Part shown: positions 15,572-25,852 of the stretch, one piece after another
How the letters are laid out: the number at the start of each line of letters is the position of its first letter
Numbering within the stretch: the first letter of the stretch is position 1
The notes under the pieces: model-generated
Told to the model about the DNA's origin: nothing
What the model saw: the letters and a program-made list of their open reading frames with translations, nothing else
The model's database searches: none
IMG/VR virus record: IMGVR_UViG_3300020042_013168
Span: 1-29,184 of that record
Length of the DNA stretch: 29,184 nt
DNA from: a virus
Lineage: Duplodnaviria > Caudoviricetes
Reading direction: 5' to 3' (one strand)
Translations under genes and position numbers: made by a program

Positions 15572-16588
15572 TTAATAATCAAGCTTGATTCTTACTAACG
15601 CTTCTTTTGTAAAATCTTTTAATAAAGGTCGTGATAATTTAGCAACTCCCAATAGGTCGTTATTATCATTATAAAGTCCAACTGTTGTAATGTATGTTTG
15701 TGGAGTGTTTACCATTACATCCCATCTTAGCTCACCTGAACCTGAGATGTTTGATGGATTCATTGAGTAGTTATATTCACTATTTCTTACTCGAACAAAT
15801 ACGTAGTTTGATGTAATTGTTTCTTCCGATTGTAGTGTGAAGTTAGCTCCTTGTTTAACAGCATTATATATTAGACTAAGGTTTTGTGTTGTTGCTGAGC
15901 TTGTTTGGTCAAAGTTTAGGGCTAATCCTCCTGAGACTGCTGGTGCTCTTAGTGCATCTCCATTTAGTACTAGAATACCAACGTCTGGATATAGTTTGCC
16001 ATATGAACCTGAATTGAAGGTATATCCTGATGTATTGAAGGATGTTACGGCTGTTCCTGCTGATCCACTAATTAAGTTATAAACTCGACCTGCATCAATA
16101 AAGGATACTGTGTTACTAATTTTACTATCGTCAGTAATTGTAATACTGTTACTTCCTGATGAAAGTGTTAATGTAAAAGTACCTGGTAGTAGTTTTTCTT
16201 TGAATCGAGATCTATTAACCGATATTGTATAAATTGAATTTGGAGTAGCAGTACCAAAGGTGAAATCAGTATTCTCATCTCCATTAATTAATGTTCGATA
16301 CTGTCCATAAGTAATTGCTGAGGGAGATTTGCCAGTCTCATTTACATTTAATGGTGCTGATCCACTTCCAAGTCTGTTACCAAACGCTACAGAGAATTGA
16401 ACTGCTGCTCCAGTACTTCCAAATGGTAGTTGGTATATATCGTAGTAATACAAACCACTTGTTGTAGCTACTTGGTTTGATGCAGTGTTAAAGCTAGTCA
16501 GTGTTGTTACTTGCCCTGTCCAGGCTGGTGCTACGATTGATTCTGCTGAGATTGAAACATCTTCTGGGTCTAATCTTTTGAATGACAT
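15572..16588 (-). CDS. baseplate/tail-fibre attachment structural protein
   Basis: EYNYSMNPS...YITTVGLYNDNNDLLGVAKLSRP; position in the baseplate operon. Confidence 0.65.
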   Translation of the reverse strand: MSFKRLDPEDVSISAESIVAPAWTGQVTTLTSFNTASNQVATTSGLYYYDIYQLPFGSTGAAVQFSVAFGNRLGSGSAPLNVNETGKSPSAITYGQYRTLINGDENTDFTFGTATPNSIYTISVNRSRFKEKLLPGTFTLTLSSGSNSITITDDSKISNTVSFIDAGRVYNLISGSAGTAVTSFNTSGYTFNSGSYGKLYPDVGILVLNGDALRAPAVSGGLALNFDQTSSATTQNLSLIYNAVKQGANFTLQSEETITSNYVFVRVRNSEYNYSMNPSNISGSGELRWDVMVNTPQTYITTVGLYNDNNDLLGVAKLSRPLLKDFTKEALVRIKLDY

Positions 16589-16594
16589 ATCTTA

Positions 16595-17254
16595 TTATTG
16601 GTTTACTTTAATGATTGTTACGGGAATTGTTAATCTAGCTCCTGAATCTCTTCCAATTACTGTGATTGTTGTTTGAAGTGAATCGCTGGTTCCATATAGT
16701 GTATTAACAGTTGTTCCTGTTAAGTTAATTGAGGTTCCAATTACTGTTTTAGAAACGTTTGTTCCTAAAGTAGTTGTTGAATTTAAAGTTGCAGCTTCTG
16801 TTGTATTAACTCCTACTCCATTAAACGTATTTAAAACTCGAGCATCAGCAATCGTTGCTACATATCCTCCTGCTTCAAATGTTTGTGTTGAACCTAAGTA
16901 GTTTAGTGTTTGTGGAGTAATAGCTAATGATGCTCCTTGTTTTAATCTAATTGCTGCAAATCCTAAATCTAAAATTGGAAGTTTTGCAGTACCTCTCGGT
17001 AGAGTTGTTAGCTTATACTTCATAATTTGAGTTTCGTCAGGAAATGCCTCTAACAATGGCATAGCTTCAATAGCTTCACCATAATAAGCCGATCCAGAAA
17101 CGTGGCTAGGATTGTATAGTGTGTAATCTATCTCATCATCTGCTAAAGCAAATTGTGTAATTTTAAAGGTTCCGTCTCCTTTTGCAAGAAGCTCTCTTCC
17201 TTTCTTTGTAAGAATTGCATCAACTGTTACTACTTGATTGCTTAAATATCCCAT
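16595..17254 (-). CDS. baseplate-associated structural protein (DUF3751 N-terminal-like)
   Basis: AILTKKGRELLA...ITQFALAD resembles the ILTxxG...LA...I...A.G start of tail-collar proteins. Confidence 0.6.
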   Translation of the reverse strand: MGYLSNQVVTVDAILTKKGRELLAKGDGTFKITQFALADDEIDYTLYNPSHVSGSAYYGEAIEAMPLLEAFPDETQIMKYKLTTLPRGTAKLPILDLGFAAIRLKQGASLAITPQTLNYLGSTQTFEAGGYVATIADARVLNTFNGVGVNTTEAATLNSTTTLGTNVSKTVIGTSINLTGTTVNTLYGTSDSLQTTITVIGRDSGARLTIPVTIIKVNQ

Positions 17255-17271
17255 TTCAATATGTTTTTATT

Positions 17272-17280
17272 AATAAATAT
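17272..17280 (-). promoter_or_regulatory. ATATTTATT motif, putative late promoter
   Basis: Intergenic, 17 nt upstream of the ATG at 17254. Confidence 0.5.
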
Positions 17281-17310
17281 ATGTTTTTTAAGTTTACTAT
17301 GCAACTACTG

Positions 17311-18528
17311 TTACTCTATTATAGTTGGTACAGGGTTATCGGAACTGCCTCCTACTGCTCCAATTACGAAGCCATTTACATCTATATATAGCACATCATC
17401 TGTTCCTTTTACAATCAGTTTTCCTTGTCTTACTGGCTGTACTAGGTTGTTTGCTAATTTGTATATCTTAGTAGGAGTTATTTTATATAAATTAACACCG
17501 GCACCTCCATATATATTATTATCTCTTGGACTGTTATTATACCCTCTCTGTACTCCTAACCACAGATCGAAAGTAGTATTCTCTCTGTACAAATATGGAT
17601 CATCTGAGGATGCTGGTTGGCGGATCATTTTATAAAATTCACCTATAGCTCCAGGTTCTGGGGTGATGGTAAGTATATCTCCTGGTTTTGGCCAAAGATT
17701 TATATTTAGTGGATACGAGTTTAGTTTTAGTACATAATCGTTGTTGCTTGTAAAGTCTACAGTGGTCTCAAGGTATGTGTTTATTAGTTTGCACTTTGGT
17801 ATATCACCAGTACCTGTGCCTGAGAAGAATAGCTCTTCATAGGTAACGGCTCCTACACTAGCTAATTGTTGGATTGTACTATCATCAGCATTTATGCTAA
17901 ATAATACTCCTTCAAAAAACGTTCCTTGTAGTGCAGGATCTGCTCCTAGATTTGTTGATGAGTCAAGTTTTGTTCCTTCATACCTTGCTGAAATCCACCC
18001 CGTGCTACTGTACATACTGTCTTGTATCCTAGCTCTGGTTGCGTTATTTGCTTCTAGCTGGTTTATGTTGGTTGGTAATCCTGCTCCAGTATTTATGTAG
18101 CTAATTCTGTCAGCTTGCATGATATAGTCTGATTGTCTAATATTTTCTGCTAAACCTTGAAGTGCGTTATACCCACCTTGTTGGAAGCCTGCTCCATTTA
18201 TACCTGGTGTAAATATTAGTTGGCCTGGTGATACTTGGCTATTTCCTACATCTTGTATAACTTCTGGTGATGTTATAAAGTAGTAATACTGTGTTGGTAC
18301 GTCTCCTAACAAGCTTCTTTGTAGTAGGTTTAACGTAACAAAACTATCCTCGTTAACTTCTAGTGTCATTTGAGTAGCTTCTTGTAGGTACCCTATTATA
18401 TTTTCACCAGCAGGATTTGTAGTTGGCACAGTTACTCCTAGTATCGTATATGGTACTGTTTGCGTATACCATACGTTCACTTGAGTTGGATTAAGGGCTG
18501 CTATTGCTAAAAACTCTTCTTGTATCAT
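17311..18528 (-). CDS. putative virion structural protein
   Basis: G/T/N-rich beta-type composition; lies inside the baseplate operon. Confidence 0.6.
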   Translation of the reverse strand: MIQEEFLAIAALNPTQVNVWYTQTVPYTILGVTVPTTNPAGENIIGYLQEATQMTLEVNEDSFVTLNLLQRSLLGDVPTQYYYFITSPEVIQDVGNSQVSPGQLIFTPGINGAGFQQGGYNALQGLAENIRQSDYIMQADRISYINTGAGLPTNINQLEANNATRARIQDSMYSSTGWISARYEGTKLDSSTNLGADPALQGTFFEGVLFSINADDSTIQQLASVGAVTYEELFFSGTGTGDIPKCKLINTYLETTVDFTSNNDYVLKLNSYPLNINLWPKPGDILTITPEPGAIGEFYKMIRQPASSDDPYLYRENTTFDLWLGVQRGYNNSPRDNNIYGGAGVNLYKITPTKIYKLANNLVQPVRQGKLIVKGTDDVLYIDVNGFVIGAVGGSSDNPVPTIIE

Positions 18529-18534
18529 TTATCT

Positions 18535-21500
18535 TTAATTATTAAAATCCAAACCCTGGTAATTTCCTACAATTTTTAGTGTACTTGGTGAAAATCTAAA
18601 AGTATCAGGATCAACACTATAGTTTGGGAATGGGTTTCTTACTATACCTGCTCCTACTATTCCGTTAGTTATTGTCAGTGTGTTATCTTCGTCAAATGGT
18701 GTACCACCATCTCTCGTACCTCGAAGTACTACTGCTACCGGAAGTGTGTTTTGTGAGTTGTCGCAAGTAACTTGGTATAAATCAAATCCTATATGAGATA
18801 TATCAAGATATGGTTGAAGTATGTCGGTTGGTTCACTTTGGTCATAGTACTGTGTACCACCACCGTTGACTTGTAAAGTGATTCGTAATGTTCCTTCTTT
18901 AGCTAATATTACCCCTGTACTATATGGAGGTGCAAATAGGTCTGTGTTTTGGTATGTAGCCCAGCTAGGACCGGGTTGCAAGTATCCACTACTTTCGGTG
19001 TCTTGTGGATCAAAGTAGTAGACTGCTTGTTGCTCTGTACCCTGTGCAGTGTATGTTGTATATTCAACCATTGCACGTGCAGCTTGTATGCCTGCTGCAC
19101 CCCAACTGGGGTTATTCATTCTAGTTATAAACCAATAGTTGTATGTGTCTGGTTCTGGTATTTGGTAGATTACTTGAGCGTTCACAGTTGCCGAGCATAA
19201 TCCTCCTAGTCCAGTATCGGAGAGTGTTATAGGAATAGTGAAGTCTGCTAGGTCTTGCCCAAAAAAGTAGTTTGTTGGATTTGTAACTGTGTTGCCATTT
19301 ACTGTATATTGAATTTGTGTATTAGCTCCACTGCCTGTGTTAAAATATTGTGTTAAGTCTGTTTGTTGGTTTACTATTATTATTGGCGTTAGTGTTGGGC
19401 TGTTTGCTGTTATCTCACATACTCCATACGTAGTATTTAGTGTGGTTCTTATACAGGTAGGGTCACTTGTAGCAGCTACATTATCAGCGGTTATTGTTAC
19501 TGTTTCGTACTGCGTAAGTCCAGTAAAGATATATGGAAAGTTTATGGGTACTGTTGTTGTTCCGCGTGTTAATGTGTATTGGGTTGTTGTTGGATTTCCT
19601 GCAAAGAAGCTTGATGCAGGGTATGGTGTTCCACCAAATACATATCGAGGGGCAGATGGTACTACGTTAAGTACACATATACCCTCTGCTGTATTAAATA
19701 GCTGTATATTATAGTCGGATACGTTATAGAGCAATTGCTTGTATATGTTTGCTTCGTTTAGCTCCCCGTTTGAAACTTGTACGTTTGATCCTGAGAATTC
19801 TCCATTAAATTTAGGCTCTTCATGGGAGTGTTGTGGTCCATTAGTTAGCCCTAGCGGAGTTTGCTCTACCCCAGTCCAAGATGTTGTATATCTATCATCC
19901 CTACCAAAACTATTGCCATGTGATCCAGAAATAAAAGCTGTGTCAACTGATCCGCTGTATTCAGGTTGTGTTACTGATACTGCTACTGATTTTGCTTTTG
20001 ATCTGTTTAGTAGGTTTGGTTTAATAATGATACCTGTATCTGCTACAACTCTAGCAGGTATAAAGTCTTTAATAGTTTTAAAGATAGTGTTATCAAAGAA
20101 CTTAATAAGTCTTACATAATCTTGTAAATCGTAAGAACCTGATACTACTGATCCACTTGTTACTGTTTGGGCAAGATCATATAAACCTGAGTAGCTTCCT
20201 GATGTTTGGTCTCTTGGATCACCTATGTAATCATCAATGTTAAACGTAGCTGCTGATCGTGAAATAATGTAAGCATCTATGTTATCTGTGGGTGAGAAAC
20301 CTACTTCAATGTTATGTAAATCATCGGTATATTTCGGATCTCTCTTAACGATTGATGTGTTGCCTGACAAGGTACTTCCTGTTACAATACTACCTGTGTG
20401 ATCAAGTCTGATCTTGTCTAGTGAGCTTGTGTAGTACTGGTAGTCCCCAAAGAAAGGTCTTTCGTTTACATTCCTTCCTCCGTAGATTTTTATTTTTAAT
20501 ATGTCTGAGGGAATACCAAAGCAGTTTATTAATGCTCGCAATCCTTTCTCTGTTCCTTTTGATTTTAAAAGAAATGGTAAATTGTGATATAATCTTTTCT
20601 GAACTTCTTTCTGATAGTCGTCGTAAGAAGTTGGTTGAATGGGTGTATTAGACCCTGTTAAAGAACCTGTTATGTAGTAGTTAATTACTTCACTTCCTGA
20701 TTGATATGGTTGTCCTACATATGTTGTAAATAAATCCTCTATTGACTTATTTGATGTATACAATTTAACTCCAAAATTCTTTAAAGCTTCACCTACTAAA
20801 TCTTTTGATATACCATGATCAAGTCTGTTGTCTCCATCATACTTATCGGTTACAGCTTTTGAATACAACCATAGGTTGTCAAAGTGTTGACCTACCATAT
20901 AGATGAATGTTGAATAATTGTCATTATTCGCATCGTCTCTAATAAACGTTGGTATTGAATATACTAGTGAGTTGTAATTTGTTTGATCATACTTTAATGC
21001 TGTTGTAATTTCATCTGCATACCAAGTAATTGATTCTGCTGTGTTGCTTGGTTTGTTTATGTATGGCTTAGTTGTATTTGATTTTGGCCAACTAGCACTT
21101 CCTGATTCATAGTATAGAAATCTTTCGTAGTGATCAAAATTATTTACAATTCCAGTTATTAGATTCTCATAATACGTTCTACTTCCTGACACCCCTAATG
21201 ATCCCGAAATCGTACTTGTTCCTATAGATGCTAGACTTCCGGAATATGATGTGATTAAGTCTAGTTTATATTTAAAGTTAATCAACCTCTCTTGTGCTGA
21301 TGAGAAGTGTACGAAGTTGCTAAAATTACTGTGGTCAATACTTAGCTCAACTCCTTTTTCGTTAAATAGTGAATATACTTGACTATTTGTGTTATTTACT
21401 GGATAGCTAAACAGCTCGTCATAGTTAAAGTATTGGGTTGGTATTACGTGTTCGTCTGTTATTTCTAAATTAAAGTTAGCAGGACGTAGTGTTGGTTGCA

Positions 21501-22200
21501 CTTCTTCGGGAAGTACTACTACTGAATCTACCTCATATGCAACTGAATCTGATACTACCTCAACTACACTTACTTGACTTTTTAAATCGTAGATGTCTGG
21601 TAAAGGTTCATATAGTTTTACAACTACAACCTTCCCCCCAATGTAGTCTAATGTATCTATGTTGATTCCTATGAATAGATCGTTATCCTTGAAATTTAAT
21701 CTAAACTCAGTAAAATACGATGTATTTTGTAGCTTATCCTTTACTGCTGTTGTGTAGCTTACTACATCCTCTGTTGATAGTACTAGTGATTGTAATTTTA
21801 ATTCAGTTCTATCTTCTGAGATGTCTTGTACAAAAAACATGTTTGATGTTGCATCTTTTGTATACAAGTCATTTAAGAAATGGTACAGAAGCTTAATTCC
21901 TCCACCATCATATCCATATGCCTTACTATCTGCTATTGGATCTACAGTTAATATACTAGCACCCTCTCTACCTGCAGATTGTGCATTTACCGATTCCCTG
22001 TAGCTTGTGTAGTTGTAGTCGCTCTCTATTAGTTCGTCTGAGAGTGATATAATGTGTATTTCTGAGTAGTGCTTGGTTGGATCAAATACACTATTAACCT
22101 CAAACGACGTTAGAATATCCTTGTCGTTTTGAGAATATTTTTCGAAGCCTGGTATACTTTCTGGTGAGTCTTGGTTAACTGTGTATACTATGTCTGCCAT
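18535..22200 (-). CDS. large baseplate wedge protein (gp7/P2 gpI-like) with variable Ig-like C-terminus
   Basis: LLKSKGTEKGLRALINCFGIP motif and IKDFIPAR wedge-like motif; downstream of the gp6-like gene. Confidence 0.65.
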   Translation of the reverse strand: MADIVYTVNQDSPESIPGFEKYSQNDKDILTSFEVNSVFDPTKHYSEIHIISLSDELIESDYNYTSYRESVNAQSAGREGASILTVDPIADSKAYGYDGGGIKLLYHFLNDLYTKDATSNMFFVQDISEDRTELKLQSLVLSTEDVVSYTTAVKDKLQNTSYFTEFRLNFKDNDLFIGINIDTLDYIGGKVVVVKLYEPLPDIYDLKSQVSVVEVVSDSVAYEVDSVVVLPEEVQPTLRPANFNLEITDEHVIPTQYFNYDELFSYPVNNTNSQVYSLFNEKGVELSIDHSNFSNFVHFSSAQERLINFKYKLDLITSYSGSLASIGTSTISGSLGVSGSRTYYENLITGIVNNFDHYERFLYYESGSASWPKSNTTKPYINKPSNTAESITWYADEITTALKYDQTNYNSLVYSIPTFIRDDANNDNYSTFIYMVGQHFDNLWLYSKAVTDKYDGDNRLDHGISKDLVGEALKNFGVKLYTSNKSIEDLFTTYVGQPYQSGSEVINYYITGSLTGSNTPIQPTSYDDYQKEVQKRLYHNLPFLLKSKGTEKGLRALINCFGIPSDILKIKIYGGRNVNERPFFGDYQYYTSSLDKIRLDHTGSIVTGSTLSGNTSIVKRDPKYTDDLHNIEVGFSPTDNIDAYIISRSAATFNIDDYIGDPRDQTSGSYSGLYDLAQTVTSGSVVSGSYDLQDYVRLIKFFDNTIFKTIKDFIPARVVADTGIIIKPNLLNRSKAKSVAVSVTQPEYSGSVDTAFISGSHGNSFGRDDRYTTSWTGVEQTPLGLTNGPQHSHEEPKFNGEFSGSNVQVSNGELNEANIYKQLLYNVSDYNIQLFNTAEGICVLNVVPSAPRYVFGGTPYPASSFFAGNPTTTQYTLTRGTTTVPINFPYIFTGLTQYETVTITADNVAATSDPTCIRTTLNTTYGVCEITANSPTLTPIIIVNQQTDLTQYFNTGSGANTQIQYTVNGNTVTNPTNYFFGQDLADFTIPITLSDTGLGGLCSATVNAQVIYQIPEPDTYNYWFITRMNNPSWGAAGIQAARAMVEYTTYTAQGTEQQAVYYFDPQDTESSGYLQPGPSWATYQNTDLFAPPYSTGVILAKEGTLRITLQVNGGGTQYYDQSEPTDILQPYLDISHIGFDLYQVTCDNSQNTLPVAVVLRGTRDGGTPFDEDNTLTITNGIVGAGIVRNPFPNYSVDPDTFRFSPSTLKIVGNYQGLDFNN

Positions 22201-22203
22201 TTA

Positions 22204-22539
22204 TTATATTTTTGTTTGTAAATCTAACAGTTGTTGATTTAGTGCTAAATTCTGCTGTCTTAATTGTGAAATCTCATCCAGTAGTGGTTGAATTTCTTCT
22301 GTTGTTTTGTCAAACGATATTAGCTCTGAGCTCTTTTTAACTAGGTATTCATGTGAATCGGTTTCTCCTTCTACATCAATTACAAAGTACAACTTATCAT
22401 ATAATCTAAATAATTCTTCTGGTGTGTCTGTGTCTTCAGCAGCAGTGGGTTGAGTAAATGTCTTAAAGGATGTGTCAACTACTTTAAGAAATTGCGACGT
22501 ACTAAATACTGTTTTTTTTATTTTAACATCGTTAGCCAT
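22204..22539 (-). CDS. hypothetical protein with C-terminal coiled coil
   Basis: IQPLLDEISQLRQQNLALNQQLLDL heptads; overlaps the upstream gene. Confidence 0.7.
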   Translation of the reverse strand: MANDVKIKKTVFSTSQFLKVVDTSFKTFTQPTAAEDTDTPEELFRLYDKLYFVIDVEGETDSHEYLVKKSSELISFDKTTEEIQPLLDEISQLRQQNLALNQQLLDLQTKI

Positions 22540-23623
22540 TTCTTACTACCTTAAATATATTTTGATTATCAACAACCGTTGTACTTCCCTCTAACGTAGT
22601 TTTTATTAATATACGATAATATCTCTCAGGTTGCAAGCCATCCATGTATACATCAAAAAATGCTCCATTTGAATCACAGCTTACCTTTGTAAAAGTTGTG
22701 TCAAAATTAACAACCATTTCTTCAGTGTACTCATCTCTCAATCCCCAGTATGAAGCTGAAGGTAGTGCGTAATTTGTTAAGTATGCTGAGGATGTTGTGA
22801 AGGATCTTACTGGGTATTTTGGTCTTGCTGATACTCTAAATCTCTGTTTTCCTACATCTGTGTACTTACCTTTGTTATTAGTTAAATTAACTATAGAAAT
22901 ACTATTTGATAGTACCGTTAATGATCCGGTAACGTACGAGCTGTCATCCCACTTAAACTCTAGGTATGGAGGATAAATCGTATTTGTATCTGCTCCAAAA
23001 TACTTTAGTCTGATTGATGAAGTCGTGTTAAATTCTAGATCAGGTTGTAATCTTATTATAAATCCATCATTAGGTCTTGTAGCGTTTACTATGCTCTGAA
23101 CCGCTGCTGTTACTGGTATAGATAGGTCGTATGTTGTTGAATTTATTGAGTAGGACTGTGTTGTTTCGTTAGAAGTATACCAAGTGCCTCCTCCTACTTG
23201 AGTGCGGTATGATCCCGTTGAACCTGCTGTAAATGCTGTCGTTCTCCAAGCACTTGTTTCTCCTGCTTGTCGGTATATCCAGGAAACTCCTGATGTGTTG
23301 GTTGGAGTATCTCCAAACTTACCTGTTCCATTATCCCAAGATTGCGATACGGCATTTGCGTATACTGTTATGTCACTAGGAAGTGCAGATGCATCAGCAA
23401 TATACATTCCTAAAGATGCACTATAGCCAGCTCCTCCAATAGTTGCAATGGCTGTGTTTATGTCATCGTTACTATACTTAACTAGTATGCGATTAGCTTC
23501 ACCTGTCCCTGATATGTCAAAATAACCTCCTATCTCAACAATTTCATCCTTTCCAGCATTACCTGTTGGAACTTCTGTTGAAATGAATGCATCTTTTTCG
23601 GGAAATATTCTATATACTGCCAT
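22532..23623 (-). CDS. virion structural protein (DNRLRE/CBM96-like beta-sandwich possible)
   Basis: PEKDAFI, RILVKY, V.QSW..G...VSW, NDGFII, F.GADT...PPYLE pattern. Confidence 0.55.
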   Translation of the reverse strand: MAVYRIFPEKDAFISTEVPTGNAGKDEIVEIGGYFDISGTGEANRILVKYSNDDINTAIATIGGAGYSASLGMYIADASALPSDITVYANAVSQSWDNGTGKFGDTPTNTSGVSWIYRQAGETSAWRTTAFTAGSTGSYRTQVGGGTWYTSNETTQSYSINSTTYDLSIPVTAAVQSIVNATRPNDGFIIRLQPDLEFNTTSSIRLKYFGADTNTIYPPYLEFKWDDSSYVTGSLTVLSNSISIVNLTNNKGKYTDVGKQRFRVSARPKYPVRSFTTSSAYLTNYALPSASYWGLRDEYTEEMVVNFDTTFTKVSCDSNGAFFDVYMDGLQPERYYRILIKTTLEGSTTVVDNQNIFKVVRNG

Positions 23624-23624
23624 C

Positions 23625-25442
23625 TTATAGTGTTGTTATTCTTCCTTTAATATCTGTGTCTGGGAATTTTACTTCGAAGATCATTGGATCGTATGACGGA
23701 TATACTATATTGTTTCTAGTTGCTCCATCAATATCATATGCATATTGTGAGTAAATTCCTCCTGCTTTATTCAATAATCTCACTTTTTGTACTGTCTGCA
23801 CTCCCTTCTCTTGATCGAGAAGTGTATATATGCTAGATAGGTTAATAGGTTGGTTTATGTTCCATTTAGTAATGTCAAAGTAATCTTTTAACCGATTAGT
23901 ACATGCAAGTAGTACATCCCTTCCTTGGAAGTTAGGTCTTACTATTATATCAAAATTAATTTCAAGATTTACAACAAACGCATCTTTTATATTGATTGCA
24001 TCTGTTAGTAACATGTATTGTGATAAATAGGTCTTTAGGTTATTCTTAAGATTGGTTGTTGGTACTATTAAACCTTTATTACTATCGTATGCCAAAGTGT
24101 ACATTGATAGTGATAGTGGGTTACTATCAATAATACTGTCTGTGGCAGAGTTTGGATTTGTTAGTTGGTCTTGTGTAACGTACACTTTTGCAATTGATCC
24201 AAACTTAGGTGGTATTGATAAAGCTCTAACTGTATAGTCTTGTAGTGTTACAGCTCTTGACTGTTCATTAAAAGCTCTTAGTGAATTTTGTCTTAACTCT
24301 TCTACAGTATCACCATCTCTCCCTCCATCGGCAGCTTTAGGGTTGTTGAAAGATAAGCTACTTGTGTCTCCTGCTACAGTGTCTCCAAATCCTACAAACG
24401 TAATTAGTGTGTTTGCTGGAATGTTTGCACCAACTCCTCCTCCTACTATATACCTAATTGTCAATGTCGTATTTGATGGTGCTAATCCATAGGACTTAGT
24501 TGATAAGAAGTTTGAAGGATCATAGGCGTAGTCAATTCTTGAAATACCTTGATTTGATCCAAATCCTACATTGGTTGGGTCTGGTGTTAGTATTGAATCA
24601 TCTTGGCCTGTTATGCCTGCTCCAAACTGAATTTGTAATTGTCCTGTTGATGTAAATCTGGTTACAAATCTTCTTGGAACTCTTTGTAGTGATAGATTAT
24701 ATGGAACCAATCCACTGTCTGATGATGTGTTTTCATCTTCTAGAAAAATCGTATCTTGTCCTAGAAATGGAACTTCATACCAAATAGTGCTTCCGTTATT
24801 TTGTGTTATAGATAAAATACCTACAATATTAGTGTCATCAATTGTAATTGTTTTAAATTTTTCAACTGATGTTATTGTCTCTGTTACTGTTTTTACTTCT
24901 CCTGAGAAAGCTTTTGCTGTTTTTGTTAACCTAAACTCATCAGGTTGACCTCCTGCATCTAGAGTTTCTACGGTGACTATAGTGTTGTCATATGAACTTG
25001 AAAAGGTAAAATCCACTTGCTTGTCTATGTAAAAATTTACTTGACCTGCAGAAGTTGATTTTAATCTTGTGCCTGCTGGGATCTGTAGTGCCTGACTCCA
25101 GTCTGGTTGTCCTGTTCCTATTGCATTAACAAGTTGTGATACTTCAACTTCAACCTCAGCTACAGTTGTTACTTTTGGTTTATAACCCATCATGTATGCT
25201 AGGTTGTATAGGTTAGCGGGGTTCTTGGCATACTGCAGGTAAGTCTCTTGTAGTTGGGTGTCTTGGTAAAATGACAATACGTCACCTACGTAGGCAGCCA
25301 TTTCAATAAACATTATACCTGGTGATGTCGGAGAGAAGTCGTTGTAGGAGTCTGGGAAGTAGTTTTTGGCGTACTCAATTAGCTGTGATCTAAAATCACT
25401 AAAGTCTCTGTTTACGTATTTTATATCTCTATCTTGAGCCAT
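23625..25442 (-). CDS. baseplate wedge subunit (T4 gp6 / baseplate J-like)
   Basis: RDFSDFRSQLIEY...FIEMAAYVGDVLSFY, LAYMMGYKP, IQFGAG, GGRDGDTVEELR, RAVTLQDY. Confidence 0.9.
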   Translation of the reverse strand: MAQDRDIKYVNRDFSDFRSQLIEYAKNYFPDSYNDFSPTSPGIMFIEMAAYVGDVLSFYQDTQLQETYLQYAKNPANLYNLAYMMGYKPKVTTVAEVEVEVSQLVNAIGTGQPDWSQALQIPAGTRLKSTSAGQVNFYIDKQVDFTFSSSYDNTIVTVETLDAGGQPDEFRLTKTAKAFSGEVKTVTETITSVEKFKTITIDDTNIVGILSITQNNGSTIWYEVPFLGQDTIFLEDENTSSDSGLVPYNLSLQRVPRRFVTRFTSTGQLQIQFGAGITGQDDSILTPDPTNVGFGSNQGISRIDYAYDPSNFLSTKSYGLAPSNTTLTIRYIVGGGVGANIPANTLITFVGFGDTVAGDTSSLSFNNPKAADGGRDGDTVEELRQNSLRAFNEQSRAVTLQDYTVRALSIPPKFGSIAKVYVTQDQLTNPNSATDSIIDSNPLSLSMYTLAYDSNKGLIVPTTNLKNNLKTYLSQYMLLTDAINIKDAFVVNLEINFDIIVRPNFQGRDVLLACTNRLKDYFDITKWNINQPINLSSIYTLLDQEKGVQTVQKVRLLNKAGGIYSQYAYDIDGATRNNIVYPSYDPMIFEVKFPDTDIKGRITTL

Positions 25443-25852
25443 TATTGTTCAAAATTAATTACTAATTGGTCTTGTATGTTTGTAAATTTTACACTGTAGG
25501 TCATGAAGACTGTTACTGTATTTGTGTCGGGAGATGCTTGTACTTGTATGGTTTTTATTTGTACGTTTGGAAACCACATAGAGATTCCTGATCGTATTAC
25601 GCCCTCTATTTCTCCTCTTTTATCCTCTGTCATTTGATCGAATAGCAACGCTCTAAGCCCTGCTCCTAAATCTAAATTCAAAAATCGTTCACTTTTTTCA
25701 GTTAATAAAAAGTTAATTAAATTGGATTTTAGTGCGTCTTGAGTTGTGTATGTAGAGTTAAATACAGATGTAGAAGAGAATGGTAATCCCACTCCTACTG
25801 CTTTTCTTGGTTGTAAATCTAATGGATGTATTCTCTCTACTTGAAATGCCAT
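25442..25852 (-). CDS. baseplate gp25/GPW-like sheath initiator
   Basis: LKSNLINFLLTEKSERF...GAGLRALLF...WFP; directly upstream of the gp6-like gene. Confidence 0.88.
   Translation of the reverse strand: MAFQVERIHPLDLQPRKAVGVGLPFSSTSVFNSTYTTQDALKSNLINFLLTEKSERFLNLDLGAGLRALLFDQMTEDKRGEIEGVIRSGISMWFPNVQIKTIQVQASPDTNTVTVFMTYSVKFTNIQDQLVINFEQ

Noticed and set aside
18909-19100. Nested minus-strand 63-aa ORF
   Set aside because: Out of frame within the 1221-aa gene, with no supporting signal.
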